From Bacillota bacterium (GTDB taxonomy: Bacteria > Bacillota > Clostridia > Acetivibrionales > DTU013): a stretch of DNA of 64,000 nucleotides. A program made the translations under genes and the position numbers. Positions within the stretch are counted from its first letter, which is position 1. Each line of letters opens with the position of its first letter. The stretch spans positions 1,122 to 65,121 of the forward strand of contig JAEYRV010000040.1 of the NCBI GenBank assembly GCA_023435305.1, read 5' to 3'. Below are positions 10,428-20,858 of the stretch, piece by piece. Under the pieces are notes generated by a model. It was not told the DNA's origin. It worked only from the letters and a program-made list of their open reading frames with translations, and searched no databases.

Positions 10428-11968
10428 ATTGTTTCCCTTCCCTCCGAAGCGCCCTTGCCATGATCGTTCACTACCCTGTTGATCGCATTTATATATGCCT
10501 TGACGCTGGCTTCAATAACGTCAGTACTGACACCTCTGCCAACGTAGATCTTATTGTCCTTCATTACTCTGACCGTAGCCTCGCCAAGGGCGTCAGTACC
10601 CTCTGTCACTCCCTTGAGGCTGTAATCCTGCAGCTCCATCTCAAAGCCAACTGTTCTCTCAATCGCCTTGAATGCGGCATTTATAGGTCCGTCTCCGGTA
10701 GCCGCTTCCATAACAGGTTCTCCGTTTCTGAACATGCTCACTGTGGCTGTGGCAATGACCTTGTTGCCGCTGTTGATCTGGAAGCTGTCGAGCTTGTAGA
10801 CTTCAGCGACCTCCAACACCTTTTCTCCCACCAGAGCCTCGATATCTCTGTCCGTAACAGCCTTTTTCTTGTCGGCCAGCTCCTTGAACTTCTCAAATGC
10901 CCGGGTTATTGCCTCAGCAGTCAGGTTATATCCCATTTCCCTGAGTCTCTCCTCAAACGCATGCCTTCCCGAAAGCTTGCCAAGGATCATTCTGTTTTGA
11001 GAAAGGCCGATGGATTCAGGCGTCATTATCTCATAGGTGCTCTTTTCAGCCAATACACCATGCTGATGTATGCCCGATTCATGGGCAAACGCATTGGCTC
11101 CCACTATTGCCTTATTGGGATGCAGAGCCACTCCCGTCAGATTGCTGACAAGCTTACTGGTCCTGTATATCTGCTTTGTATCAATATTGTGCGCCAGTTC
11201 GCCGTAATAGTCCTTCCTTGTCTCAAGGCCCATTATCAGCTCTTCCATCGAGGCATTTCCGGCTCGCTCGCCAAGTCCGTTGATGGTGCATTCCACCTGG
11301 GTAGCCCCGTTCATTACAGCCGCCAGTGAGTTGGCGACGGCAAGCCCGAGGTCATTGTGACAGTGGACGCTTATATCCGTTTTATCGATTCCTCTTACAT
11401 TTTCCTTAATACCTTTTATTATCAGTCCGAATTCCTCCGGTGATGAATAGCCTACAGTGTCCGGTATATTCACGACAGTCGCTCCTGCCTTGATCACTTC
11501 CTCGATTATCCTGTAAAGGAATTCGATCCTGGTCCTGCTGGCATCCTCTGCTGAAAATTCCACATCGCCGCAGTATTTCTTCGCATACCTCACCATTGCG
11601 GCGGCACGCTCAAGCACCTGCTCCTCAGTCATCTTCAGTTTATATTTCATATGGATATCAGAGGTAGCTATAAATGTGTGTATCCGAGGGTTCTCAGCAT
11701 TGCACAAGGCCTCCCACGACCTGTCTATATCCTTTTCAACAGCTCTGCTGAGACTGGCGACAGAAGCTCCCTTTATATTATCTGCAATTGTCTTTACTGC
11801 CATGAAGTCCCCGGGTGACGAAATCGCAAAACCCGCCTCTATTACATCAACTCCAAGTTTGGCCAGCTGGCGTGCTATTTCAAGCTTTTCCTGTATATTC
11901 AGGCTGACTCCGGGGGTTTGCTCCCCGTCCCTCAATGTTGTGTCGAATATTCTGATTCGTGCAGACAT
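10424..11968 (-). CDS. leuA: 2-isopropylmalate synthase
   Basis: 514 aa with [36 protein letters not shown] and HESGIHQHG. Confidence 0.9.
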   Translation of the reverse strand: MSARIRIFDTTLRDGEQTPGVSLNIQEKLEIARQLAKLGVDVIEAGFAISSPGDFMAVKTIADNIKGASVASLSRAVEKDIDRSWEALCNAENPRIHTFIATSDIHMKYKLKMTEEQVLERAAAMVRYAKKYCGDVEFSAEDASRTRIEFLYRIIEEVIKAGATVVNIPDTVGYSSPEEFGLIIKGIKENVRGIDKTDISVHCHNDLGLAVANSLAAVMNGATQVECTINGLGERAGNASMEELIMGLETRKDYYGELAHNIDTKQIYRTSKLVSNLTGVALHPNKAIVGANAFAHESGIHQHGVLAEKSTYEIMTPESIGLSQNRMILGKLSGRHAFEERLREMGYNLTAEAITRAFEKFKELADKKKAVTDRDIEALVGEKVLEVAEVYKLDSFQINSGNKVIATATVSMFRNGEPVMEAATGDGPINAAFKAIERTVGFEMELQDYSLKGVTEGTDALGEATVRVMKDNKIYVGRGVSTDVIEASVKAYINAINRVVNDHGKGASEGRETI

Positions 11969-12046
11969 ACCATAAACCTCCTTCGATACCGGTTACAATG
12001 ATCTCATATTTTAAATATCCGGCGGTACTCTCCCGCCTTTTCTCTC

Positions 12047-12080
12047 TTATGCCCCGCTGCAGCTTATGTCCCGCTGCAGC
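12047..12080. repeat. 17-nt tandem direct repeat (2 units, 1 mismatch) in the ilvC-leuA spacer
   Basis: The units are ttatgccccgctgcagc and ttatgtcccgctgcagc. Each contains the self-complementary GCTGCAGC. A GGCGG-N7-CCGCC hairpin lies next to it at 12021-12037. Confidence 0.8.
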
Positions 12081-12090
12081 TAGTTCCAAA

Positions 12091-13603
<1,513 letters not shown>

Positions 13604-13696
13604 TTCCTCTTCTCCTTTCAAGTCCCGGATCGCACTAATACTGTGCGTATCTCTCTATATAAATCATTAATGAATGATCCATTTTATCTGCCATGA

Positions 13697-15337
13697 TCAC
13701 AGAGTCGGTTCCATCGGATCGACCATGCACTCCAGCAGATAGGGTCCCTTTGCACCTGCCAGCCGCTCCAGCGCTGATTTTATCTGATCGCCGGATGAGA
13801 TCCTCTCCCCGCCGAAACCATATGCGGCGGCTAAGGCCACAAAGTCCGGGTTGTTGTCAAGACATACCTGCGAATATCTGCCTTCGTGCTTTGCAAACTG
13901 CAGCTCACGTACCATTCCAAGGCGGCAGTTATTGAACAGCACGATTTTTACATCAATACTGTGCTGCTTCATTGTCCCCAGTTCCTGCATGGACATCTGA
14001 AAGCTGCCGTCACCGCTTATCACGACAACCGGTGCACCGGGCTTTCCGAGTTTCGCTCCTATGGCTGCCGGCAGCCCGTAGCCCATTGTTCCCAACCCGC
14101 CAGAGGTAATGAAGGTCTTGGGCATGCGTACCTTAAAATTGTTTGCGGTCCATATCTGATTCTGCCCTACCTCTGTTGCCACTACAGCATCCTCCGGCAG
14201 GTAATCCGCCAGCTGGGACAGGACCTTCCTGGGATCTATAAATCCGGTCCCTTCATACTTATCTGCCATAGCCGACGTCTTCTCCCGGGCCTTCTGCTTT
14301 CTGTCAGTCAACTCATCGAGCCATTCCCTGTCATCAGAGGCTTTAACATACTCAAGCATATCACTCAGCGTCAGTCTCAGATCCCCAACCAACGGTATCG
14401 ATACGTCGATGTTTTTCCCGATCTCGGCCGGGTCTATATCAATGTGTATGATCCTTGCCTTTTTCCCCAGGGCGCTGGCGGCGCCTATTGCCCTGTCTCC
14501 GACTCTCGCGCCCAGTATCAGCACCAGGTCTGAGTGATGCAGCGCATGGTTGGCAGTCTGGCTGCCATGGGTGCCGACCATTCCGAAATGCAATGGATGA
14601 TCAGACGGTATCGCTCCAATTCCCATCAATGTCGTAACAACAGGTATGTTCCTCTTTTCGGCAAGCTCCAGCATCTCGCCGGCGGCATCTGCCGATATCA
14701 CTCCGCCTCCTGCACATATGACCGGCCTTTTAGCCTCCTCCAGCGCCGCTGCGGCTTTCCTGATCTGCATCGGATGTCCCTTTACGGTAGGTTTGTACCC
14801 CTTTATTTCAACTGTTTGGGGAGCCTTATACTCAAATACGCTGGTCTGCACATCTATCGGTATATCTATCACCACCGGGCCCGGCCTGCCTGTAGCAGCA
14901 ATATGGAATGCTTCCTTTATGATCCTCGGAAGCTCCTCGGCTGCCTTCACAAGGTAGCTGTGCTTGGTGAACGGCGCAGTCGCACCTGTTATATCTGCCT
15001 CCTGAAATGCATCGGTGCCTATCATGTCCCTTTTGACCTGGCCTGTGATGGCAATAATGGGTATACTGTCCATATATGCATTGGCGATCCCTGTTATAAG
15101 ATTTGTCGCACCGGGTCCGGAGGTTGATACACAAACGCCGGGCTTCCCGGTAACACGGGCATATCCGTTGGCTGCATGTGCGGCCCCCTGCTCGTGACGG
15201 GTCAGTATATGCTTTATACTGCTGTTGAGCAATGCATCGTAAAACGGCGAGATCGCAGCGCCGGGATATCCGAATATGATATCGGTATTTTCAAGCTCAA
15301 GCGCTTTTATAATAGCTTCTGCTCCTGTTATCTTCAT
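13697..15337 (-). CDS. ilvB: acetolactate synthase large (catalytic) subunit
   Basis: 546 aa. It is a ThDP enzyme with GYPGAAISPFYDAL and GGLGTMGYGLPAAIGAK...GDGSFQM. Confidence 0.95.
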   Translation of the reverse strand: MKITGAEAIIKALELENTDIIFGYPGAAISPFYDALLNSSIKHILTRHEQGAAHAANGYARVTGKPGVCVSTSGPGATNLITGIANAYMDSIPIIAITGQVKRDMIGTDAFQEADITGATAPFTKHSYLVKAAEELPRIIKEAFHIAATGRPGPVVIDIPIDVQTSVFEYKAPQTVEIKGYKPTVKGHPMQIRKAAAALEEAKRPVICAGGGVISADAAGEMLELAEKRNIPVVTTLMGIGAIPSDHPLHFGMVGTHGSQTANHALHHSDLVLILGARVGDRAIGAASALGKKARIIHIDIDPAEIGKNIDVSIPLVGDLRLTLSDMLEYVKASDDREWLDELTDRKQKAREKTSAMADKYEGTGFIDPRKVLSQLADYLPEDAVVATEVGQNQIWTANNFKVRMPKTFITSGGLGTMGYGLPAAIGAKLGKPGAPVVVISGDGSFQMSMQELGTMKQHSIDVKIVLFNNCRLGMVRELQFAKHEGRYSQVCLDNNPDFVALAAAYGFGGERISSGDQIKSALERLAGAKGPYLLECMVDPMEPTL

Positions 15338-15369
15338 ATCGTCCCTCCGTTTCCTCGTAATAAAATTAT

Positions 15370-15625
15370 AAAAAAACCCTCGTCAACTGCATTGCTGCAG
15401 GGACGAAGGGTATAATCCATCGTGGTACCACCCTGATTCGGCAGGCATTTGCCCGCCCTCGGTAAGTACTGGTGTACTTGACTGTAACGCAGTCTGCGTC
15501 ATCATCTTTGACAGATCTTCGATGATGAAGCTCCGGAATGAGCTATACACAGTTCCTGTGCACCGGCTTTCACCAACCGCCGGCTCTCTTTGGCACCCAG
15601 TCCTGTCTTTTTTCCTTCATTGCAC
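15370..15625 (-). promoter_or_regulatory. T-box leader (tRNA-sensing riboswitch) with terminator, upstream of ilvB
   Basis: The RNA carries the T-box sequence AAUCAGGGUGGUACCACG (+ strand 15421-15439). Stem I has AGAGAG and a GGUGAAA distal motif. The specifier loop ends in CUC-A (+ strand 15539-15542). The terminator is CCCUUCGUC...GACGAGGG followed by UUUUUUU (15370-15410). Confidence 0.85.
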
Positions 15626-15652
15626 TGGCCCTATTCAAAATGATTGTATAAT

Positions 15653-15681
15653 ATTGTATCAGCACAGCAATGCGGTGTCAA
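15653..15681 (-). promoter_or_regulatory. sigma-A-type promoter of the ilv-leu operon
   Basis: On the minus strand: TTGACA, a 17-nt spacer, then TACAAT, just upstream of the T-box leader. Confidence 0.6.
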
Positions 15682-15745
15682 TAAGATTTTTATCCTTTAT
15701 TGCCTATTTAGCAGGCGCTTTTTTATGCTTTCCTGCATTAATGAC

Positions 15746-16033
15746 CTATAAATAGATCCTCTCATTCGTGTTGCCCTCAAATTTACCGATGCTGTACCCA
15801 TAACAGAAGGATTGTCTCATACTCACGACAATGAGCGCCTTCAGGTATTCTCTTTCCTCTTTGTTCAGTCCTCTGTCCATCATTTCAATAAAATTTTTCG
15901 TCTTGTCCGCAGCAATAAGCTTTATTGCCTCCCTGGTACCTGAAAGATCACCGTTGAGCTTCTCCCTCGCCTGCTTCAAATAGAGCTTCAGCGTTTTCTC
16001 AAAATCCAGGCTGTTTCCGGCTGAGCCTGCCAT
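15746..16033 (-). CDS. hypothetical small protein (95 aa)
   Basis: A strong SD (GGAGGTGG) lies 4 nt before the ATG. The composition is helical and charged. I recognise no family. Confidence 0.5.
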   Translation of the reverse strand: MAGSAGNSLDFEKTLKLYLKQAREKLNGDLSGTREAIKLIAADKTKNFIEMMDRGLNKEEREYLKALIVVSMRQSFCYGYSIGKFEGNTNERIYL

Positions 16034-16094
16034 TAAGCCACCTCCTGCATGTATTCAGGAGTAATTGTTGCCAATTTATAGCCTGAAATATACG

Positions 16095-17375
16095 TCATCT
16101 TGTAATAAGTCCATCCTTATACTTCTTTCCAAGGACCAGTGTCGTCGTTATCCAGCTGTCTGTACCATGCATTCTATGATTGATCTGTATGGCGTCTCCG
16201 GGTGACTTGGAATAGATATAGGTCCTCAGCTGCATCATGGTGTTGATCTGCTGGCCATCCACCTTCCTGATGATACAGCCCTCACGTATGCCTGCCTTGT
16301 ATGCGGGGCCGCTGCCGTCGACATGCGCAACATAAATGCCTTCCTTCAGCTTGGCCTCTCCATCGACATAGGGAATGACATTTCCATCATATGCAAACAT
16401 CCCCATATATGGTTCCTCAAATGTACCCGTCCTTATCAGCTTGTCCATAACAGGTTTGGTGATGTTGATAGGAATGGCGAAGCCCATACCCTCAGCGCTG
16501 GTGACCTTCACGGTATTGATGCCTATGACCTCTCCCTTCGAATTGAGCAATGGTCCGCCGCTGTTGCCCGGATTTATACTTGCATCGGTCTGTATAAGAT
16601 CCTCCATATAATTTGTCCCGGTTTCAGATTCGATGCTGATAGTCCTATTGAGGGCGCTTATGATGCCGGATGTAACGGATCTTTGAAAATCCAGCCCCAA
16701 AGGGTTTCCTATGGCTATGGCATGCTCTCCCACCTCCAGCTTTGAAGCGTCCCCAAGACGCAGAGGATTCAGCCCGGTGAGGTTCACCTTAACCGCGGCA
16801 AGATCCAGCACGGGGTCCGACCATACGACTACTCCGTCGACATTCCTTCCGTCTGCAAAGGAAACTACTATCCTATTACTCTTTCCTCCCGCGACATGGT
16901 AGTTTGTCAATATATATCCGTCCGAGCTGACCACAACTCCGGAACCAAATCCAACCTCTGTCTCCCTATTTCTGTCAAACAGGTTATTCCTTACAGCTCT
17001 TTCGACAGTGATTCCGACTACACCTGCAGTAGCCTTTTTAGCTACGGACTGGGTAACTGGTATACTATTGGGATCAGTATCAGTCATTGACGTATCCGGG
17101 ACTGTGCCTCCGGACGCTGAACCGCCTTGGTCTGAAGTATCGGAGAGCAAATGTCCGGCGCTTCTTATCAGCTCGCCGTCAACGTTATACTGCCCCTGTC
17201 CTATACCCATCTGTGAAGCAATATCTCCTGTTCCTCTTTCCGCCGCAGGATCTTTGAACGAAATGTACCTGGGACCGGCAAATAGTACAAGCGTGCATAC
17301 TGCAAGAGAGGTCACCAGTGAGATCATCAGCATACCGATGAATCCCGTGCGCTTTCCATTATCTCTGAACATCAT
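16095..17375 (-). CDS. HtrA/DegP-family serine protease with a PDZ domain
   Basis: N-terminal TM segment, a trypsin-like core (TNYHV, DASINPGNSGGPLLN) and a C-terminal PDZ-like region. Confidence 0.9.
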   Translation of the reverse strand: MMFRDNGKRTGFIGMLMISLVTSLAVCTLVLFAGPRYISFKDPAAERGTGDIASQMGIGQGQYNVDGELIRSAGHLLSDTSDQGGSASGGTVPDTSMTDTDPNSIPVTQSVAKKATAGVVGITVERAVRNNLFDRNRETEVGFGSGVVVSSDGYILTNYHVAGGKSNRIVVSFADGRNVDGVVVWSDPVLDLAAVKVNLTGLNPLRLGDASKLEVGEHAIAIGNPLGLDFQRSVTSGIISALNRTISIESETGTNYMEDLIQTDASINPGNSGGPLLNSKGEVIGINTVKVTSAEGMGFAIPINITKPVMDKLIRTGTFEEPYMGMFAYDGNVIPYVDGEAKLKEGIYVAHVDGSGPAYKAGIREGCIIRKVDGQQINTMMQLRTYIYSKSPGDAIQINHRMHGTDSWITTTLVLGKKYKDGLITR

Positions 17376-17434
17376 ATCATCCTCATTTTCGAATTCTTTT
17401 AGGATTATTATTTCAATAATGTCATAAAGAATAC

Positions 17435-17468
17435 GAAAAAAATCCGGAGGTCAATTGACCGCCGGATC
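17435..17468 (-). terminator. intrinsic terminator overlapping the DUF951 stop codon
   Basis: The RNA reads AUCCGGCGGUCAAUUGACCUCCGGAU followed by UUUUUUU. Confidence 0.7.
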
Positions 17469-17660
17469 CTGAAGATTTGATTTTATGATCTTTTTAACGC
17501 TTTTCTCGAATTTTGGTCTGGGGAGCATTACCTGATGTCCGCATCCAAGGCATTTCACCCTGAAGTCGGCGCCGGTCCTCATTACCTCCCATTGTCTGCT
17601 TCCGCAGGGATGTTCCTTCCTGAATTCAACAATGTCTCCCAGGCAGAACCTGTCAGCCAT
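17451..17660 (-). CDS. DUF951-family small protein (YyzM-like)
   Basis: 69 aa. The pattern GDIVEFRKEHPCGS..W.V.R.GADFRVKCLGCGHQVMLPR matches the DUF951 layout. Confidence 0.75.
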   Translation of the reverse strand: MADRFCLGDIVEFRKEHPCGSRQWEVMRTGADFRVKCLGCGHQVMLPRPKFEKSVKKIIKSNLQDPAVN

Positions 17661-17703
17661 TTTCCTTCACTCCTTGTGAATCATGATAATGCAGCTGCAT
17701 TAA

Positions 17704-19044
17704 TTAATAATTCTTCAAATAATTATCGATCTCCCACTTGCTGATCCTTATCCTGTATTCGGTGCATTCTTTCTGCTTGGCCTCTATATACTTGCTGAAA
17801 ATATGCTCTCCCAGAACACCCTTTACAAAAGTACTGCCGCTCATTTCAGATAATGCTTCATTCAGGCTGGCGGGAAGATCCTCTATATTGGCCTCTCTTC
17901 TTTCCTCGTCGCTCATGTCGAAAATGTTCCTGTTTACTGGCTCCGGAGGCATGATCTTTTTCTCTATGCCCTCGAGTCCTGCGGTAAGGATCGCCGCCAG
18001 TGAAAGATAAGGATTGCAGCTGGGATCCGGGTTTCTCATCTCGAGTCTTGTAGCAGTTCCGCGGGCAGCAGGCACTCTGATCAGCGGACTCCTGTTTCTT
18101 GCGGACCATGCGATATAGACAGGCGCCTCGTAGCCTGCAACAAGTCTTTTATATGAATTGACAAGCGGATTGGTCAATGCAGTAAAGGAACGTACATTTT
18201 TCATGAGGCCGCCAATAAACCAGTAGGCTTCCTGACTCAGCTGAAGCGGATCATTTTCGTCAAAGAAAATATTTCTGCCATTCTTGAACAGCGAGGTGTT
18301 CACATGCATACCCGAACCGGCTATCCCAAAGACAGGCTTTGGCATAAATGTGGCATGCAGTCCGTGACGCTGAGCTATAGTCTTGACGACCAGCTTGAAT
18401 GTGACTATGGCATCGGCCGCCGTAAGCGCGTCGGCATACTTGAAATCTATCTCGTGCTGGCCGGGAGCCACCTCATGATGGGAGGCCTCCACTTCAAAGC
18501 CCATATCCTCAAGGGCCAGGCACATATCTCTTCTGGCGTTCTCACCCAGATCCACAGGCCCCAGATCGAAATACCCTGCTTTATCATGTGTAATAGTGGT
18601 CGGATTGCCCTCGCTGTCGGTAAGGAACAGGAAAAACTCACATTCCGGGCCCACATTGAATGTATCGTATCCCATATCCGACGCTTTCTTCAGCGCCCTT
18701 TTAAGGACGTACCTGGGATCGCCTTCAAACGGCTTGCCGTCTGCGGTGTATACATCGCAGATCATCCTTGCGACCTTGCCTGTCTGCGGTCTCCATGGAA
18801 AAATCACAAACGAATTGATATCAGGCCTCAGATACATGTCGGACTCCTCTATCCTGACAAAGCCTTCAATAGATGAGCCATCAAACATGCACATGTTATC
18901 CAGCGCTTTCTCCAGCTGCCTTGCAGTTATCGCCACATTCTTCAGCATACCGAAGATATCGGTAAACTGCAGCCTTATAAACTCCACACCTTCATCCTGT
19001 ACGATCCTGATAATATCTTCCTTCGTGTATTCCGGCATATTCAT
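17704..19044 (-). CDS. glnA: glutamine synthetase, type I
   Basis: 446 aa with [33 protein letters not shown] and NRSPLIRVP. Confidence 0.95.
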   Translation of the reverse strand: MNMPEYTKEDIIRIVQDEGVEFIRLQFTDIFGMLKNVAITARQLEKALDNMCMFDGSSIEGFVRIEESDMYLRPDINSFVIFPWRPQTGKVARMICDVYTADGKPFEGDPRYVLKRALKKASDMGYDTFNVGPECEFFLFLTDSEGNPTTITHDKAGYFDLGPVDLGENARRDMCLALEDMGFEVEASHHEVAPGQHEIDFKYADALTAADAIVTFKLVVKTIAQRHGLHATFMPKPVFGIAGSGMHVNTSLFKNGRNIFFDENDPLQLSQEAYWFIGGLMKNVRSFTALTNPLVNSYKRLVAGYEAPVYIAWSARNRSPLIRVPAARGTATRLEMRNPDPSCNPYLSLAAILTAGLEGIEKKIMPPEPVNRNIFDMSDEERREANIEDLPASLNEALSEMSGSTFVKGVLGEHIFSKYIEAKQKECTEYRIRISKWEIDNYLKNY

Positions 19045-19061
19045 GCACCTCCGTTTTTAAT

Positions 19062-19104
19062 AAAAAAAGCGTACTCAAACAAACTCAATGTTGTTTAAGA
19101 ACGC
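19062..19104 (-). terminator. intrinsic terminator inside the glnA 5' leader (attenuator)
   Basis: The RNA reads GCGUUCUUAAACAAC-AUUGA-GUUUGUUUGAGUACGC followed by UUUUUUUAUU. It ends about 20 nt before the glnA SD (GGAGGTG). Confidence 0.65.
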
Positions 19105-19161
19105 CGTTGTTCCTGAACCTGAGACGCGGCTCCACTCTTTATCGGGATAGACCGTACCTAT

Positions 19162-19189
19162 ATTTTAACATTAATTTCTCTTATTACAA
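19162..19189 (-). promoter_or_regulatory. candidate glnA promoter
   Basis: On the minus strand: TTGTAA, a 16-nt spacer, then TGtTAAAAT (an extended -10). Confidence 0.4.
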
Positions 19190-19228
19190 TACTTAAAGCA
19201 AATCATCCGCCAGAAATCTTTGTCACAC

Positions 19229-19277
19229 AGAAAAAGAGCCTGCGGCAAATTATTATTGCTGCAGACTCCGTTTTTTT
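19229..19277 (-). terminator. terminator after the rubredoxin gene (hairpin flanked by T-runs on both strands)
   Basis: The hairpin is CTGCAGCAA-loop-TTGCCGCAG, followed on the minus strand by CUCUUUUUC. The plus strand also has a T7 run. Confidence 0.6.
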
Positions 19278-19279
19278 GA

Positions 19280-19441
19280 TCAGTCTTCCTTCTCAAACAT
19301 ATCCTTGCCTACTCCGCAGAGGGGGCAAACCCAATCCTCGGGGATATCTTCAAAGGGTGTGCCGGGAGCGATGCCTCCGTCGGGATCTCCGATTTCAGGA
19401 TCATAAACATAACCGCAGGCAGTACATACGTATTTAGCCAA
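19280..19441 (-). CDS. rubredoxin
   Basis: My translation gives (M)[52 protein letters not shown], with both CxxC pairs. The start is TTG, with AAGGAG 8 nt upstream. At 53 aa it falls below the ORF-track cutoff. Confidence 0.85.
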   Translation of the reverse strand: MAKYVCTACGYVYDPEIGDPDGGIAPGTPFEDIPEDWVCPLCGVGKDMFEKED

Positions 19442-19520
19442 AACATCATCTCCTTAGAATAAACTTTTTCCTTATCTATATTCCCCTTGATATAGGGTCA
19501 TAAACGATTTTTTTAAAATT

Positions 19521-20039
19521 TTAATAGCCTTTGTTCTTTTTACCGCCGCCAAGCACAATAATACCTATAATAATAAGCACGACGGGTATTGCATACGGCC
19601 CTGTCTGGAAGTTCAGTATATCGCTCAGCGAGAATGTGAAGAAAAATATGAACGACAGTCCGCCGAGTATACCCACGGGGATCAGCAGTCCTTTTTCCCT
19701 GCTGCCGAAGCAATAGAGCTCAAAAAGACCGAATGCCACAGCGAAAATGAAGAAGGGCCATGTTACCCCCCAGCCGCCAAACAGCATGTTGAACTGCAGG
19801 GTCATTCCAATTATCAGGAGTATGCCCCCCGGTACAAGTATTCCGGGATTTCTCCTTGAACCCGAGAAAAATTTAAAGTGGAACAGCAAGCCCGGCAGTA
19901 TGATGAAGATCGTTGCCCAGAGTCTTGATATAATAAATCCGAATACGCTCCAGAAATTTAGTATCCCAAGATTTTGAAGAAGAAACAGTATGCCCAGGCA
20001 TATAAATATACCGCCCAATGCCTTTCCGGTGTTTCTCAT
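19521..20039 (-). CDS. polytopic membrane protein (LiaF/LiaI-like N-terminal pattern)
   Basis: About 5 TM segments. The ATG at 20039 has a GGAGG SD 7 nt upstream. The family call is tentative. Confidence 0.5.
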   Translation of the reverse strand: MRNTGKALGGIFICLGILFLLQNLGILNFWSVFGFIISRLWATIFIILPGLLFHFKFFSGSRRNPGILVPGGILLIIGMTLQFNMLFGGWGVTWPFFIFAVAFGLFELYCFGSREKGLLIPVGILGGLSFIFFFTFSLSDILNFQTGPYAIPVVLIIIGIIVLGGGKKNKGY

Positions 20040-20128
20040 AGTAAGCCCTCCAATTATATTCAAAGTTTACTTGTTTCAAATAAGTCATTCTATATTATTA
20101 TAATGCTTTATCTGAAAAAAGTCTGAAT

Positions 20129-20737
20129 TTATTTGGAGATAGAGTCGAAGATATTTGCCGGCAGCTCCCTGTCCTTATCGAGCTTCCATATGACATATCT
20201 GATCCCCGAGGAGATCAGATCCGCTATCTTCATCACTACATAAAGCCTGGTGTTCTGAAGCACAAGAAAATCCATGAAGCCGCCGAAGTTCACGATACCT
20301 GTCACAAACATATCTCCAACCGGAGACAGCTCCTTATTGACGCCCGACCCGGGCTTGATCGGTCCTTCCCCGATCCCGACATATCCCACATGGTCCATGC
20401 TTCCAAGACATGCATCTATAGCAATTATAAATGGGTTCTCACAATCCCGGGAAACCTGTTTCATTATGTCATCAATATTTTTTGCATGAACAGGACTTTC
20501 AAGATTTCCATATACATGTACGCTCCTGCTCTTCAGCCCGGAAAGCTTGTGTCCTATGAGAGGTCCGAGGCTGTCGCCGGTAGAGCGGTCAGTACCTATG
20601 CACACAAATACCAGCGACTTCGCACCTTTGTCAAGCGCGCTGCTGATGTGCACATAGAGCTCATCTGTCAAATGCTTGAAAGCCGAAGCATTGCCCGAAT
20701 TAATATATTGCTGTTTTGCAGCCGTCCTGGTTAGCAT
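20129..20737 (-). CDS. yyaC: spore protease YyaC (GPR-like endopeptidase family)
   Basis: VFVCIGTDRSTGDSLGPLIGHKL and IIAIDACLG are typical of YyaC. Confidence 0.8.
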   Translation of the reverse strand: MLTRTAAKQQYINSGNASAFKHLTDELYVHISSALDKGAKSLVFVCIGTDRSTGDSLGPLIGHKLSGLKSRSVHVYGNLESPVHAKNIDDIMKQVSRDCENPFIIAIDACLGSMDHVGYVGIGEGPIKPGSGVNKELSPVGDMFVTGIVNFGGFMDFLVLQNTRLYVVMKIADLISSGIRYVIWKLDKDRELPANIFDSISK

Positions 20738-20858
20738 TTTGACTCCTGAATGTTTTATTGATATATATTATTTCCAGAATGCGTGGGTTTATTACCATAT
20801 CTGGTTTAAACCATCTGATTTACAGAGATTTTTTTATTTGGTATCATGTTGTTGAGGA

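Noticed and set aside
10211-11329. A 372-aa plus-strand ORF.
   Set aside because: It lies entirely antisense to leuA and cimA, which have unambiguous family motifs. Its product is Ser/Leu/Cys/His-rich with no recognisable domain. It is a typical shadow ORF.
12047-12080. A possible CRISPR or minisatellite.
   Set aside because: There are only two directly abutting 17-nt units with no spacers and no cas genes. I treat it as a structured intergenic RNA element instead.
19140-19180. A possible GlnR/TnrA box (TGTNA-N7-TNACA) upstream of glnA.
   Set aside because: The best candidate, TGTTAAAATATAGGTAC, lacks the second half-site, so I cannot support it.
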